DNA of 64,000 bases from an uncultured archaeon (GTDB lineage Archaea; Asgardarchaeota; Thorarchaeia; Thorarchaeales; Thorarchaeaceae), in assembly GCA_964558645.1 (NCBI GenBank), contig CAZLEV010000008.1, forward strand, positions 102,831 to 166,830, read 5' to 3'. Every line of letters starts with the position of its first letter. The first letter of the stretch is position 1. The notes beneath the pieces were generated by a model. It saw nothing but the letters and a program-made list of their open reading frames with translations. It was not told the DNA's origin and made no database searches. The position numbers and the translations under genes were made by a program. Below, in pieces: positions 10,101 to 18,292 of the stretch.

Positions 10101-12410
10101 ACAACTACTTCTCTCACCATAGTTGCCACAAAGATTCCAACATCGTTATCGGTTTCAAGCGGATTGAGTTCTGCCTCCATCTCATTTGGTTCAAGACTCC
10201 AGCTTGACCTTCTATACATCCGAACTGACCTTAATGCGAATGTCTCAGGGGCAGTCATCGAAATTCAGGGTGAAGGTCTCTCTAGTCTGACACTATCTGT
10301 GACGGAAGTAGCCTTGTCTTATAGGTTGGCGATAAGGTCCAATTCTACGGGTAGATGGGTCTTGACCTTCACTGCTTCACGAACCGACCATAACTCGGAT
10401 ATGATTCAATTCACGCTTGATGTCTTGCCTGTGTCCACAGAGCTTACCGGATCCACTCCACTTGAGTCAGTGTACATATCTAGAACCTACGAGCTTCCTT
10501 TCTCATATACAATGGATAATGGAACCGGTGTTGCCGGTGCTGACGTCATTGGAACCGGATTTGGCTCAGACTTTGTAGTATCGAGAGATGATGGTGAGGG
10601 CGCTTATACGTTGTTGTTGACTCCCGAAGAAGTTGGTAGTTACTCGGTCAAAATCATGTTCAGCAAGGTCGGGTTCAGTAGTCGTGTATATACCCTCAGT
10701 TTTGCTGTGACCCTCATTCCTGCCTCATTATCAACTTCTGAAGGTATCAGCTCATCAAATCTAGAATACGGCGCTGTACTGGATTTGGATCTTCTCTACA
10801 TACGGACCGACCTCAACATGTCTTTGTCAAGTGCTAACATCTCAGTTCAGGCCGCTGACTTGTCTGATTTGACATTGAGTGTGATGGAATTACCTTCTTC
10901 ATATCGGGTTCGGATTATGGCCAATAGTACTGGAACATGGGTGCTCACGTTCACTGCATCGAAGTCTTTCTACTCCTCTGACTCCATCAAGTTCACACTT
11001 ACTGTTCAGACAATTGCAACAGAGCTTAGCGGAGCGACACCTCTCCAATCGGTATTCGTTTCTCGGGAGTACTCGCTACCGTTCCGCTTCGCCCTCCTTA
11101 ACGGCTCAGGAATTGCAGATGCTTCAATTTCCAAGTCTGGGTTGGGGTCGGATTTCATTTCTGTGGCGGACAAAGGCGGGGGCGATTACTCGGTCTTGCT
11201 AGCACCTGGCGAAGAGGGCAGCTTCTCCGTCGTAGTAACCTTCAGTAAGCTGGGGCATAGGTCGCGTGATTATGCTGTTTCATTCACCGTGGTGCCGATT
11301 CCTGTTGAAGTTGATGTAGAGTTTCTGTCCTGGTCTCAGGGTCTGCCTCTGGTGATTGTTGCCAGAGTTGTTGAGGCAGACATGGGTGCCCCTGTAGATG
11401 GAGCAATCGTTCGATTTCAACTGTACTCTGAAAGCGCCTTGATTGCACAGGGTACATTGAGTGATGTCGGTAACGGTGTGTATCGTGCTCAGGTGGATGC
11501 CGATTGGGTCGACGATAACACTCTGAAAGTATCAATCAGCGTTTCAAAAGATGGCTACGAGCAAGAGTCTTCCTCAGTTGTCAGCGTGATTCCAATCCCC
11601 AATCTAGAAGTCCAAGCCTATCAGAGCTTCGTGGCATATGGTGTTCCTGGGATACTTGTCTTCATTCTCGCTATCATCGGCTTGCAGATCTATCGTTGGA
11701 GAGAGAAGAAACAACAGCAATTGCGCCAAGAAAACGACCGCATCAGACAACGGTTCATGGATGCCCAGAACATCATGGGAATCCTAGCTATGCATAAGTC
11801 GAGCGGTCTGCCAATCTACTCTCGAGCGATGAAACCTGGAATTGATGAGGCAATCCTCTCTGCATTCATATCAGCTGTATCGCACTTCAGAAGCGAGTTT
11901 GGTCTCGAAGAGGTCATGAACTACACAGTTGTTCCTATATCAGATGTGGTTCGAGTTGTTCCCACTGAGAACCTTCTGTGTGCGATGGTCACAGTGACTC
12001 CTCCGTCAGATGAACAGGAGGAGCGACTTGTCCAATGTGCGAGAGCAGCTCATGAACGCTTTGATGAACTGTACAGCGATGCTCCTGTGGAATTCAGAGA
12101 TGAGCTCACCGCCCAGATTTTTGACCAGCTGTATGAGCAGCACTTGGACGGCTATCTCCTAGAAGAGTACCAGTTCAACTCCGACATGGTAGGTTTCGAC
12201 GAACTCAAATGCGTGAAAGATGGCGCGGAATCTCTTACAAATCGCTTCTTCAGACTCATACGCCTTGCCAGATCCATGAAATCATGTGGTTATAGTGAAA
12301 CGATTGTCTATCGGAAGATTTGGGATGCATTAGAAAGTGGGCTGTTAGAGCGTGTGACCTCTCCACGACAGATGATGTCCTCTGACTGGAGTGCTCCCCC
12401 AGAACCATAG
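7143..12410 (+). CDS. Paralogous giant single-pass surface protein with an extra internal 194-aa module
   Basis: Colinear with 2222..6907 (SRLGWWE, NFTWYLPNGS, RYEADFDTS, VVRVVPTENLLCA); same signal/TM/cytoplasmic layout. Confidence 0.8.
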   Translation: MREMRVILVSLLLMGLSASLAPHVANTGSLPATPDLGGSVLHPKAEPDCVPVGESFSCVSEDQVHQGLLGPLLVEQRGYVVSGGTTARTDLNPSPTTDIPLDTDNSWVFSQTSVEVHDLERMYVVNGTFDEGYPGSNDNPDGTVEFYPLGWTAISNSSNAEQIQVASYEQTVEEYVTVENQGEKEGPSGKKYRHYAGTSVFWKQTYSNIPQVEDFVLGFSYRYLRGPLGAATPGACSLRIALNNQVFFYKDLTELESRNTWYDVEDLAINYPLAPSQIDITVGLFIDDTMLLEADGVYGDDDKANGIVNTVYITAHVDDITLTGAQPPSFDQVAMQYEANETTVDIEGSQGSGTATIQLTPVYSADPLTVRVLCNSSVRFFYEVRALAHRFINSTYTTDNTAVGAAYEAVPNGSVNLITFTYHGSQGDYENFTISAYYPNDWENLTVYDPFLTDVTSHCYLQPGMVEISGSILSRLGWWEFIIEAPNYARDVSSQIYDSDTSSWTFSDNYRVGNLTRGWIDIGTSEDDTYLDTFVNFTWYLPNGSIWSSASFVPDSFGPSTSNPQAIEAENSSAGEWVLLVEWTNGTEVAVGSVSFTVTHSGSLEVAVAEIEVSLGEVISNFVRFRDDTTDRYLTEEYVTITANWTSSPVQFDPNLVRNRYEADFDTSDLPYGISAVIVTATSMFHDTSFDQFNVILPYPTNASILGNDAGFVEADLLEATSITARYTRMDNSGVEDANLSIYYSGPTDGLQWEAVPAGGNGNYTIEFTGVKSGIYSIDVLFSKYVHEDAQTSFLLLVGELGSELTLLNGTSQSIEYGESFQLFLFFENATGYGLENATVTAQSTYGDDPITIDDVIDLREGYYSVSITPSDTMTFTIVIEAFLVNYETQFATFTLTVTEIEMTLTYDISASSIAIGRNVTATLELLDRNSEPVSGALLEFIDPPSSAVLGSVIVGEAGIYVFNVSFTGTGTYVIAVRASKSAYRNTTTSLTIVATKIPTSLSVSSGLSSASISFGSRLQLDLLYIRTDLNANVSGAVIEIQGEGLSSLTLSVTEVALSYRLAIRSNSTGRWVLTFTASRTDHNSDMIQFTLDVLPVSTELTGSTPLESVYISRTYELPFSYTMDNGTGVAGADVIGTGFGSDFVVSRDDGEGAYTLLLTPEEVGSYSVKIMFSKVGFSSRVYTLSFAVTLIPASLSTSEGISSSNLEYGAVLDLDLLYIRTDLNMSLSSANISVQAADLSDLTLSVMELPSSYRVRIMANSTGTWVLTFTASKSFYSSDSIKFTLTVQTIATELSGATPLQSVFVSREYSLPFRFALLNGSGIADASISKSGLGSDFISVADKGGGDYSVLLAPGEEGSFSVVVTFSKLGHRSRDYAVSFTVVPIPVEVDVEFLSWSQGLPLVIVARVVEADMGAPVDGAIVRFQLYSESALIAQGTLSDVGNGVYRAQVDADWVDDNTLKVSISVSKDGYEQESSSVVSVIPIPNLEVQAYQSFVAYGVPGILVFILAIIGLQIYRWREKKQQQLRQENDRIRQRFMDAQNIMGILAMHKSSGLPIYSRAMKPGIDEAILSAFISAVSHFRSEFGLEEVMNYTVVPISDVVRVVPTENLLCAMVTVTPPSDEQEERLVQCARAAHERFDELYSDAPVEFRDELTAQIFDQLYEQHLDGYLLEEYQFNSDMVGFDELKCVKDGAESLTNRFFRLIRLARSMKSCGYSETIVYRKIWDALESGLLERVTSPRQMMSSDWSAPPEP
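10134..11297 (+). repeat. Tandem intragenic duplication, 2 x 582 bp (194 aa)
   Basis: IPTSLSVSSGLSS...LDLLYIRTDLN starts at 10134 and IPASLSTSEGISS...LDLLYIRTDLN starts at 10716. The spacing matches the length difference between the two paralogs. Confidence 0.85.
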
Positions 12411-12704
12411 TGATCAATGTGGTCTGCCTGATTGGCGTTGCTGCTTGACCCTAATTGCTTCATGTCGAGGTACAGAATGCCCCCTCTCCCCCTCTCTTCT
12501 TCTGGACATGTAGATTCTGTCTTCACAGACTGACGAGAAACGCATCCTTCGGGGCATTATTTCTGGGTATTCCTGATACTATCGCTGGATATAGCTCTCT
12601 GTATTACGTAGAGAGTAGCCTGATTGCACGCAACCTTATATGCTCTCCAGACGAAGTAAGGGTGTGTTGTATCACAGTAAGTGAATAGAACAAGGAGATG
12701 GCGA

Positions 12705-12860
12705 ATGATGGCCGAAGAAACAAAACAGAATCCGCGTCCGAGTTCAACTCTGCAGAAGAATGCCGAGGTTCTGAACGTCCTCTATGGGTTACTGGACAGC
12801 GACAGAGAACCAACAGATGATGACGCCCGGACTCTTCGTTACCTCTACTCCAGTTCTTAG
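12705..12860 (+). CDS. Small hypothetical protein (51 aa, not in ORF track)
   Basis: MMAEETKQNPRPSSTLQKNAEVLNVLYGLLDSDREPTDDDARTLRYLYSSS*, preceded by AAGGAG. Confidence 0.55.
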   Translation: MMAEETKQNPRPSSTLQKNAEVLNVLYGLLDSDREPTDDDARTLRYLYSSS

Positions 12861-13274
12861 AACATCTTATGCTCCTCATGTAACAATGAGGTCTTCATTC
12901 GCTGTCTCACATGCACCTCCCGGCAGGCGAGACACAGTGGGGCGGGTCCTCTGATTCGTCCCACACCATCTCCTGGCACCTCACTTCTGAAAGCAGCAAC
13001 ACTTTCCTCGCAAAGCGAATGGATATGTGTGGAGGGAACCTACCCATCTTGTCAACCATCACGTTTCTCATGCTCAGTCTGTTCTGGTTGGAGGAGTATC
13101 CCATCTGGTACAACATTCTGCGAACAGTCGTTGTATGGGCAATCATGGCTCTCGGACAGACTCTCACCATAAATCTCTCCGCGGGCAAGACCCTAGAGGT
13201 CCAAGAAGCGGAGAGTAGCAATGACCAAAGGGGCGCAGGTAAGCCTATCAGGAAGCTCCAAGAGTGGATAGACT

Positions 13275-14057
13275 ATGCCCAGAGTGCGAGTTGTTTCCAC
13301 CGAATTTCAGTCCGAGGGTGAGATGGTCTACGGCGACTTGGTGGTCCCTGTGGGCGATGGACCATTCCCTGGGATCTGCAAGTTCCACGGTCTCCCGGGC
13401 GGAGCTGACCAGGTGAGTGGCTTCGCAACAGATCTTGCCGAAGCAGGCTTTGCTGTCCTCACCTTTGACTTCCGAGGATTCAGACGGAGCGAGGGAATAT
13501 TCTCATTGCCCGGCGAGGTCAAAGATGCTCGCAATGCGGTCACCCAACTTCTCAGCTCGGAATATACTGTGGATGACTGGCTGGGTGTCTATGCCGCAAG
13601 TTTCGGAGGACCTGTGGCGATCCTATCGGCGGCACAGGATGAGCGCATCAGTGCAGTCTGTCTGAGAGCCCCGGTCTACGACCTCCTCTGGTTCGTGGGT
13701 GACCCGATGGTTCCTGCAGAGATGAAGCGACTCATCGCTGAGGGATCTGATGTGGTACATGGATTGACAGAGGAGACAATGAGTCAGATGCATGATCAGA
13801 TGTTGGAGGATGCCGCAGGGTATGATCTGTTGCAACTCATCTCCCAGATCTCGCCTCGCCCGTTAATGATCACAACAGGTCTTCTTGACAGAGGGATCGA
13901 CGCAAGTGGTGTTCGGCGTCTATTCGAGGCTGCGAAAGAACCCAAGGAGATGCATCTCGTGACCGAGGCTGATCACACCCTTAGCAATCCCAATGCATAC
14001 AGAGAAACATCTAGACTTGTTGTTGACTGGTTTCTGAAAGTCTGTCCATACGGGTGA
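13275..14057 (+). CDS. Alpha/beta fold hydrolase
   Basis: FHGLPG, FDFRGFRRSEG, nucleophile elbow AASFGG, catalytic ADH near the C-terminus. Confidence 0.88.
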   Translation: MPRVRVVSTEFQSEGEMVYGDLVVPVGDGPFPGICKFHGLPGGADQVSGFATDLAEAGFAVLTFDFRGFRRSEGIFSLPGEVKDARNAVTQLLSSEYTVDDWLGVYAASFGGPVAILSAAQDERISAVCLRAPVYDLLWFVGDPMVPAEMKRLIAEGSDVVHGLTEETMSQMHDQMLEDAAGYDLLQLISQISPRPLMITTGLLDRGIDASGVRRLFEAAKEPKEMHLVTEADHTLSNPNAYRETSRLVVDWFLKVCPYG

Positions 14058-14270
14058 CTTTGACCAGAGAGCGTTACAGTTATATCAGCAGAAAAGACGC
14101 TAGTTTGTATCATTCTAAGGCGGGAAGAAAGCTTCAAGGTATCAAGACGAACAGACCTGACGAACGGACTCAAACGGCAGTCCAGTCTAGAGATAGCGCC
14201 CCGGTTCTTGATTCACACAGGTATCTGGTGCAGTCGGGACTAGGCGATATCCGCCAGAAATGATAGGAGT

Positions 14271-16319
14271 GTGACAAGATTGGCCAAATACCCAAGCAAG
14301 GAACCAGTACTAGTAACATGTGGACTACCATACGCTAGCGGACCTATGCACATCGGTCATCTCCGAACCTACGTGCCAGCCGACGTATTTGTCAGACTCC
14401 TGAAGAAGATGCAGACCGAGGTGGTCTTTGTCTGTGGTTCGGACACGCACGGGACACCCATCGTAACGGCTGCTGAGAAGGCAAATGTGAGCCCGGAGGA
14501 GCTCTTCCAGAAATACCACAGACACTATCTCGAGATCTTCCCCAAACTCAACATTATCTTTGACAATTACGGCACCACAGATGATCCTGAGAATCACCAT
14601 CGCACGAAGCAGATTGTGCAGGCACTTCAAGACAAGGGGTACATCTATCCAAAAGAGCTTGAGAGTCCGTACTGCGAAAAGTGTGGACGGTCACTCCCTG
14701 ACAGATTCGTGAGGGGCGAGTGCCCCTACTGCGGGGCAGACGCTAGGGGTGACGAATGCGACCAGGGATGTGGACGCTATCTGGAGCCAGGTGAGATCCT
14801 GAATCCCCGTTGTGCCATCTGTGGTTCGCCAACACGTCCTGTCACAAGAACCCACTACTACTTCCGACTCACAGACTTCAAGGGATTTCTTGATCAGTTC
14901 CTGAACAACGTTGACGGAACGAAGAACGCCCGAAACTATGCCTTGGGCTGGGTGAGGGAGGGGCTGAAGGATTGGTGCATCACCCGCGACCTTGATTGGG
15001 GTGTTGAGTTTCCCGGCGATGAAGATCTTACCCTCTACGTCTGGGTTGATGCCCCGATTCACTATATATCCAGCACCGAGCAGTGGGCAAAGAAGAGGGG
15101 TGAACCGGAGGAATGGGAGAGATTTTGGAAGCCCGGAGACGCTCGCATTGTTCACTACATCGGTCAGGATATAGTCTACCATCACTGTATATTCTGGCCG
15201 GCTATGCTGAAGGGCAGCGACTACAACCTTCCCGATTCCATCGTGGCGTCAGGAATGGTGAAGATCGAGGGGCACAATTTCTCTCGAAGTCGAGGATATG
15301 TGGTCTGGATAGAGGATGACTACCTGGACCAAGGCCTTAATCCTGACTACCTTCGATATTACATCGTATCCCACAGCTCTCAGACCAAGGATTTGGACTT
15401 TGCATGGGACACATTCCGTGACAAAGTGAACAACGAGCTTGTTGGTACCTTCGGGAACTTCGTCTACCGTGCACTCCATTTCACAAACAAGAACTTCGGG
15501 AAGATTCCCAAGGGTGAAATTGAGGAACAGGTGAAAGAGCGAATTGCATCCACCATCGAGGCAGTGAACTCTGGCGTCAACGAATACGAGCTGAAGAAGG
15601 TCACCGACGCCATCTTGACGCTTGCTACATTTGGAAACGAATACTTCCAAGAGAACAAACCTTGGGAGCTATCGCGGCATGACTTGGAGAAGTGTGGTGA
15701 GGTGCTTCACAATGCAGTCGCGATTGTCAGAGCTCTGGCGATACTCATCGACCCCATGATGCCAAGTATTGGTGAGCGTATATGGGCGCAACTCGGAGAA
15801 GAGACTGATATCCATGCCGTTCAACTCGAGCAAGCGAAGAGTCCCCTTGAAACAGGTCGAAAGATTCCTAAACCCGTTCCGGTCATCGACAAGATTGACG
15901 ATGATCTCTTAGATGACTTGCGCTCCTCTATCGAGGGACGTATAAGAGCTGCAGAGGCAGCCGAGCGAGGTGATAATAAAGTGACAAAGAGCAATATAGA
16001 GTTCGAGGACTTTCAGAAGTTGGACCTCCGTGCAGGTAAGATTCTCGAGTGCGAGAAGGTACCAAAGACCGACAAACTACTTGAACTCAAGGTGGATATC
16101 GGAGATCAAACGCGTACGATAGTCACTGGTCTTGCTGATCAGTACAGACCCGAAGAACTCAAAGGCATTACAGCTCTGTTCTTGGTCAACCTTGAGCCCA
16201 AGAAGCTTGCTGGCATCGAGAGCCAGGGCATGATAATCGCAGTTGAAAAGGCCGACGAGAAAGGGAAATGGCTTCCTGTGACCATTGAGGGCGTTCCTCC
16301 AGGCAGCAAGGCTGCTTAG
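14271..16319 (+). CDS. metG: Methionine--tRNA ligase with C-terminal tRNA-binding OB domain
   Basis: LPYASGPMHIGH, GSDTHG, Zn knuckles, YVWVDAP, FSRSRG (KMSKS equivalent), C-terminal DLRAGKI...ESQGM. Confidence 0.96.
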   Translation: MTRLAKYPSKEPVLVTCGLPYASGPMHIGHLRTYVPADVFVRLLKKMQTEVVFVCGSDTHGTPIVTAAEKANVSPEELFQKYHRHYLEIFPKLNIIFDNYGTTDDPENHHRTKQIVQALQDKGYIYPKELESPYCEKCGRSLPDRFVRGECPYCGADARGDECDQGCGRYLEPGEILNPRCAICGSPTRPVTRTHYYFRLTDFKGFLDQFLNNVDGTKNARNYALGWVREGLKDWCITRDLDWGVEFPGDEDLTLYVWVDAPIHYISSTEQWAKKRGEPEEWERFWKPGDARIVHYIGQDIVYHHCIFWPAMLKGSDYNLPDSIVASGMVKIEGHNFSRSRGYVVWIEDDYLDQGLNPDYLRYYIVSHSSQTKDLDFAWDTFRDKVNNELVGTFGNFVYRALHFTNKNFGKIPKGEIEEQVKERIASTIEAVNSGVNEYELKKVTDAILTLATFGNEYFQENKPWELSRHDLEKCGEVLHNAVAIVRALAILIDPMMPSIGERIWAQLGEETDIHAVQLEQAKSPLETGRKIPKPVPVIDKIDDDLLDDLRSSIEGRIRAAEAAERGDNKVTKSNIEFEDFQKLDLRAGKILECEKVPKTDKLLELKVDIGDQTRTIVTGLADQYRPEELKGITALFLVNLEPKKLAGIESQGMIIAVEKADEKGKWLPVTIEGVPPGSKAA

Positions 16320-16389
16320 ATTAAGAAATTGTCAGGTTTGCAAAGACAAAAAAACGATTCGCGTGCATATAATGAAGGCAGGTGCTCCT

Positions 16390-16923
16390 ATGCAACGCAA
16401 GCGAATACTAGCGGTGACACTCATAGCAATCCTGACATTCATGATATTTTCTGGATTGTCAACAACGCAGGTCCAAGCACATACTCCATCAGGGATGACC
16501 TTGGGATACGATGCTGAAACGAGTGAGCTACTGGTTTCAGTATCACATAGTGTGGCGGATCCAAGTACGCACTACATCGAGACAATCACAATTTTCAACA
16601 ATGATGTGGAAGTTGATTCGAGAAGCTATACAGACCAAGATTCATCATCGGGTATGAGTGACACTTTCACTGTGGATGCCGAGGATGGTGATGTGCTGAA
16701 AGCGACCGCCGTTTGCAGCATAAGTGGATCCATTACGCGAGAGATCACTGTGTCAACTACTACAACTACTACGACGACAACCACTACAACCACCACGAAC
16801 TCCACGACCACCACGACCAATGATACCACACCGGATGAGCCCTTTCCAGTTCTTCTGATAGCAGCGGGAATCGGCGCTATTATCGTGGCAGCTATCGTTG
16901 TTGTTCTCTATAGTAGGAAGTAG
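16390..16923 (+). CDS. Secreted, membrane-anchored protein with putative metal-binding (superoxide reductase-like) domain and Thr-rich stalk
   Basis: Signal peptide ending QVQA/HTP; HYIETI and AVCSISG motifs; poly-Thr linker; C-terminal TM. Confidence 0.65.
   Translation: MQRKRILAVTLIAILTFMIFSGLSTTQVQAHTPSGMTLGYDAETSELLVSVSHSVADPSTHYIETITIFNNDVEVDSRSYTDQDSSSGMSDTFTVDAEDGDVLKATAVCSISGSITREITVSTTTTTTTTTTTTTTNSTTTTTNDTTPDEPFPVLLIAAGIGAIIVAAIVVVLYSRK
16756..16830 (+). repeat. ACN-codon low-complexity tract encoding a poly-Thr linker
   Basis: Run of ACT/ACC/ACA/ACG codons. Confidence 0.85.
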
Positions 16924-16992
16924 TCACTCAAGAAGTCTAATCAGGACGCCTTGTAGCATGCTGATATAGCGCGCATTGCCGGTGCTGTTTCA

Positions 16993-17562
16993 TTGAGAAT
17001 TATCTTCCTGCGACATGCAGAAACTCGTGTTCAACCTGAGATTCAGTCTTCAGAGTGGGCTCTATCTGCAGAGGGTCGGCTTTCTGCAGGGAAACTGACA
17101 GCCACTGGAGTGTTTGGTGATGTTGATGTTATTATTGCCTCTGATGAGAGAAAGGCACTGCAGAGCATCGAACCGCTCTGTAAGACACTTCAGCTCCAGC
17201 CAATTGAAGAGCCGCTGTTCCGGGAGCTTGATCGCGGCACATCCAACTTCTCGAACTCAAGCGAGTACTCGGCTGTAGTGAAGCAGGCACTAACGAATAC
17301 TGCTGATTCATTTCACGGCTGGGAGACCGCCCGTTCAGCTCTTGATAGATTTCGGCTGGGAGTCCAGCGTATAGAGACTGACTTCGCTGAGAACACAGTC
17401 CTTGTTGCCAGCCATGGGATTGTCCTGTCACTCTACTTTGCGGACAAGCTAGGCATGATGGACAGAGTCTATGACAGATGGTCTGAGCTGGACTTCCTCG
17501 ACTACGGGGTTGTGACAGATGGAGTGGTCACGAGAGACTTGGCTGGATATGCCATCTCGTAG
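16993..17562 (+). CDS. Histidine phosphatase (phosphoglycerate mutase-like) family protein
   Basis: IFLRHAET, LSAEG and VASHG motifs. Confidence 0.88.
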   Translation: MRIIFLRHAETRVQPEIQSSEWALSAEGRLSAGKLTATGVFGDVDVIIASDERKALQSIEPLCKTLQLQPIEEPLFRELDRGTSNFSNSSEYSAVVKQALTNTADSFHGWETARSALDRFRLGVQRIETDFAENTVLVASHGIVLSLYFADKLGMMDRVYDRWSELDFLDYGVVTDGVVTRDLAGYAIS

Positions 17563-17652
17563 GCTTCTAAGTCACGACCGCGAATGGTATGATGTACCTG
17601 CCCGCAAAACCCTTTTCTCTGCTCACCCCAATCTCGGGACGGTGTTAACTCG

Positions 17653-18168
17653 ATGGCCAAGAAAGTAGTAAAGTCAATGATCACTGACTTCAAGAAATTC
17701 AAAACTGCGTGGGAGAAAGACGCAGGAGACCCCCATGAGAGCATAATGTACTATCTCATAGCTGCTCTGAACGTTGAGAAGGACCCCAAGCTTGCTGATG
17801 CCATGATGACTCTGGTGGTTTCGAAGAATGATACAGTGAAGGACTCTGCTTCTCCATCCGGAATGAAGCTCGGTCGAGGTGCTAAGTATTACGTAGGTCA
17901 GTTCAGGAAGAACCCGAACATCGCCAAGTCATATGTTGGAGGCACGTCTGAGAACAACTACAAGATCTCTAAGGGTGCTCTGAGGATGAACGTTGTGAGA
18001 GAGCAACCCATGGACGACAGACTCAAGATATTCATCGATTGTGGCGGCGCCGACTCAGCGCGACCGGTGCAAGTAGCGAAGAACAAGCACGGTCAATGGA
18101 AACTCGTGGAATACAGCTCGCTATGTGTGGGAATCAAGAAGCCTGCATCGGAGAAGGGTGACTTCTAG
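17653..18168 (+). CDS. Conserved hypothetical protein (DUF6935-like)
   Basis: IAKSYVGGT.ENNY and GADSARPV...WKLVEYSSL match this family as recalled. Confidence 0.6.
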   Translation: MAKKVVKSMITDFKKFKTAWEKDAGDPHESIMYYLIAALNVEKDPKLADAMMTLVVSKNDTVKDSASPSGMKLGRGAKYYVGQFRKNPNIAKSYVGGTSENNYKISKGALRMNVVREQPMDDRLKIFIDCGGADSARPVQVAKNKHGQWKLVEYSSLCVGIKKPASEKGDF

Positions 18169-18292
18169 TAACGGCCGAACACTGTTGAAATAGGTGAATG
18201 CTGTTCAGTCTGATGACGGACACATTTGGGCAATCCTGCAACAAATGGTGCCGAGTAGTCAGAAAGCCGCTGACCCCCTCTTGTCCTTCGTC

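Noticed and set aside
12911-13321. 136-aa ORF with a hydrophobic middle
   Set aside because: It overlaps the hydrolase start and only its centre looks protein-like. It is at best a gene fragment.
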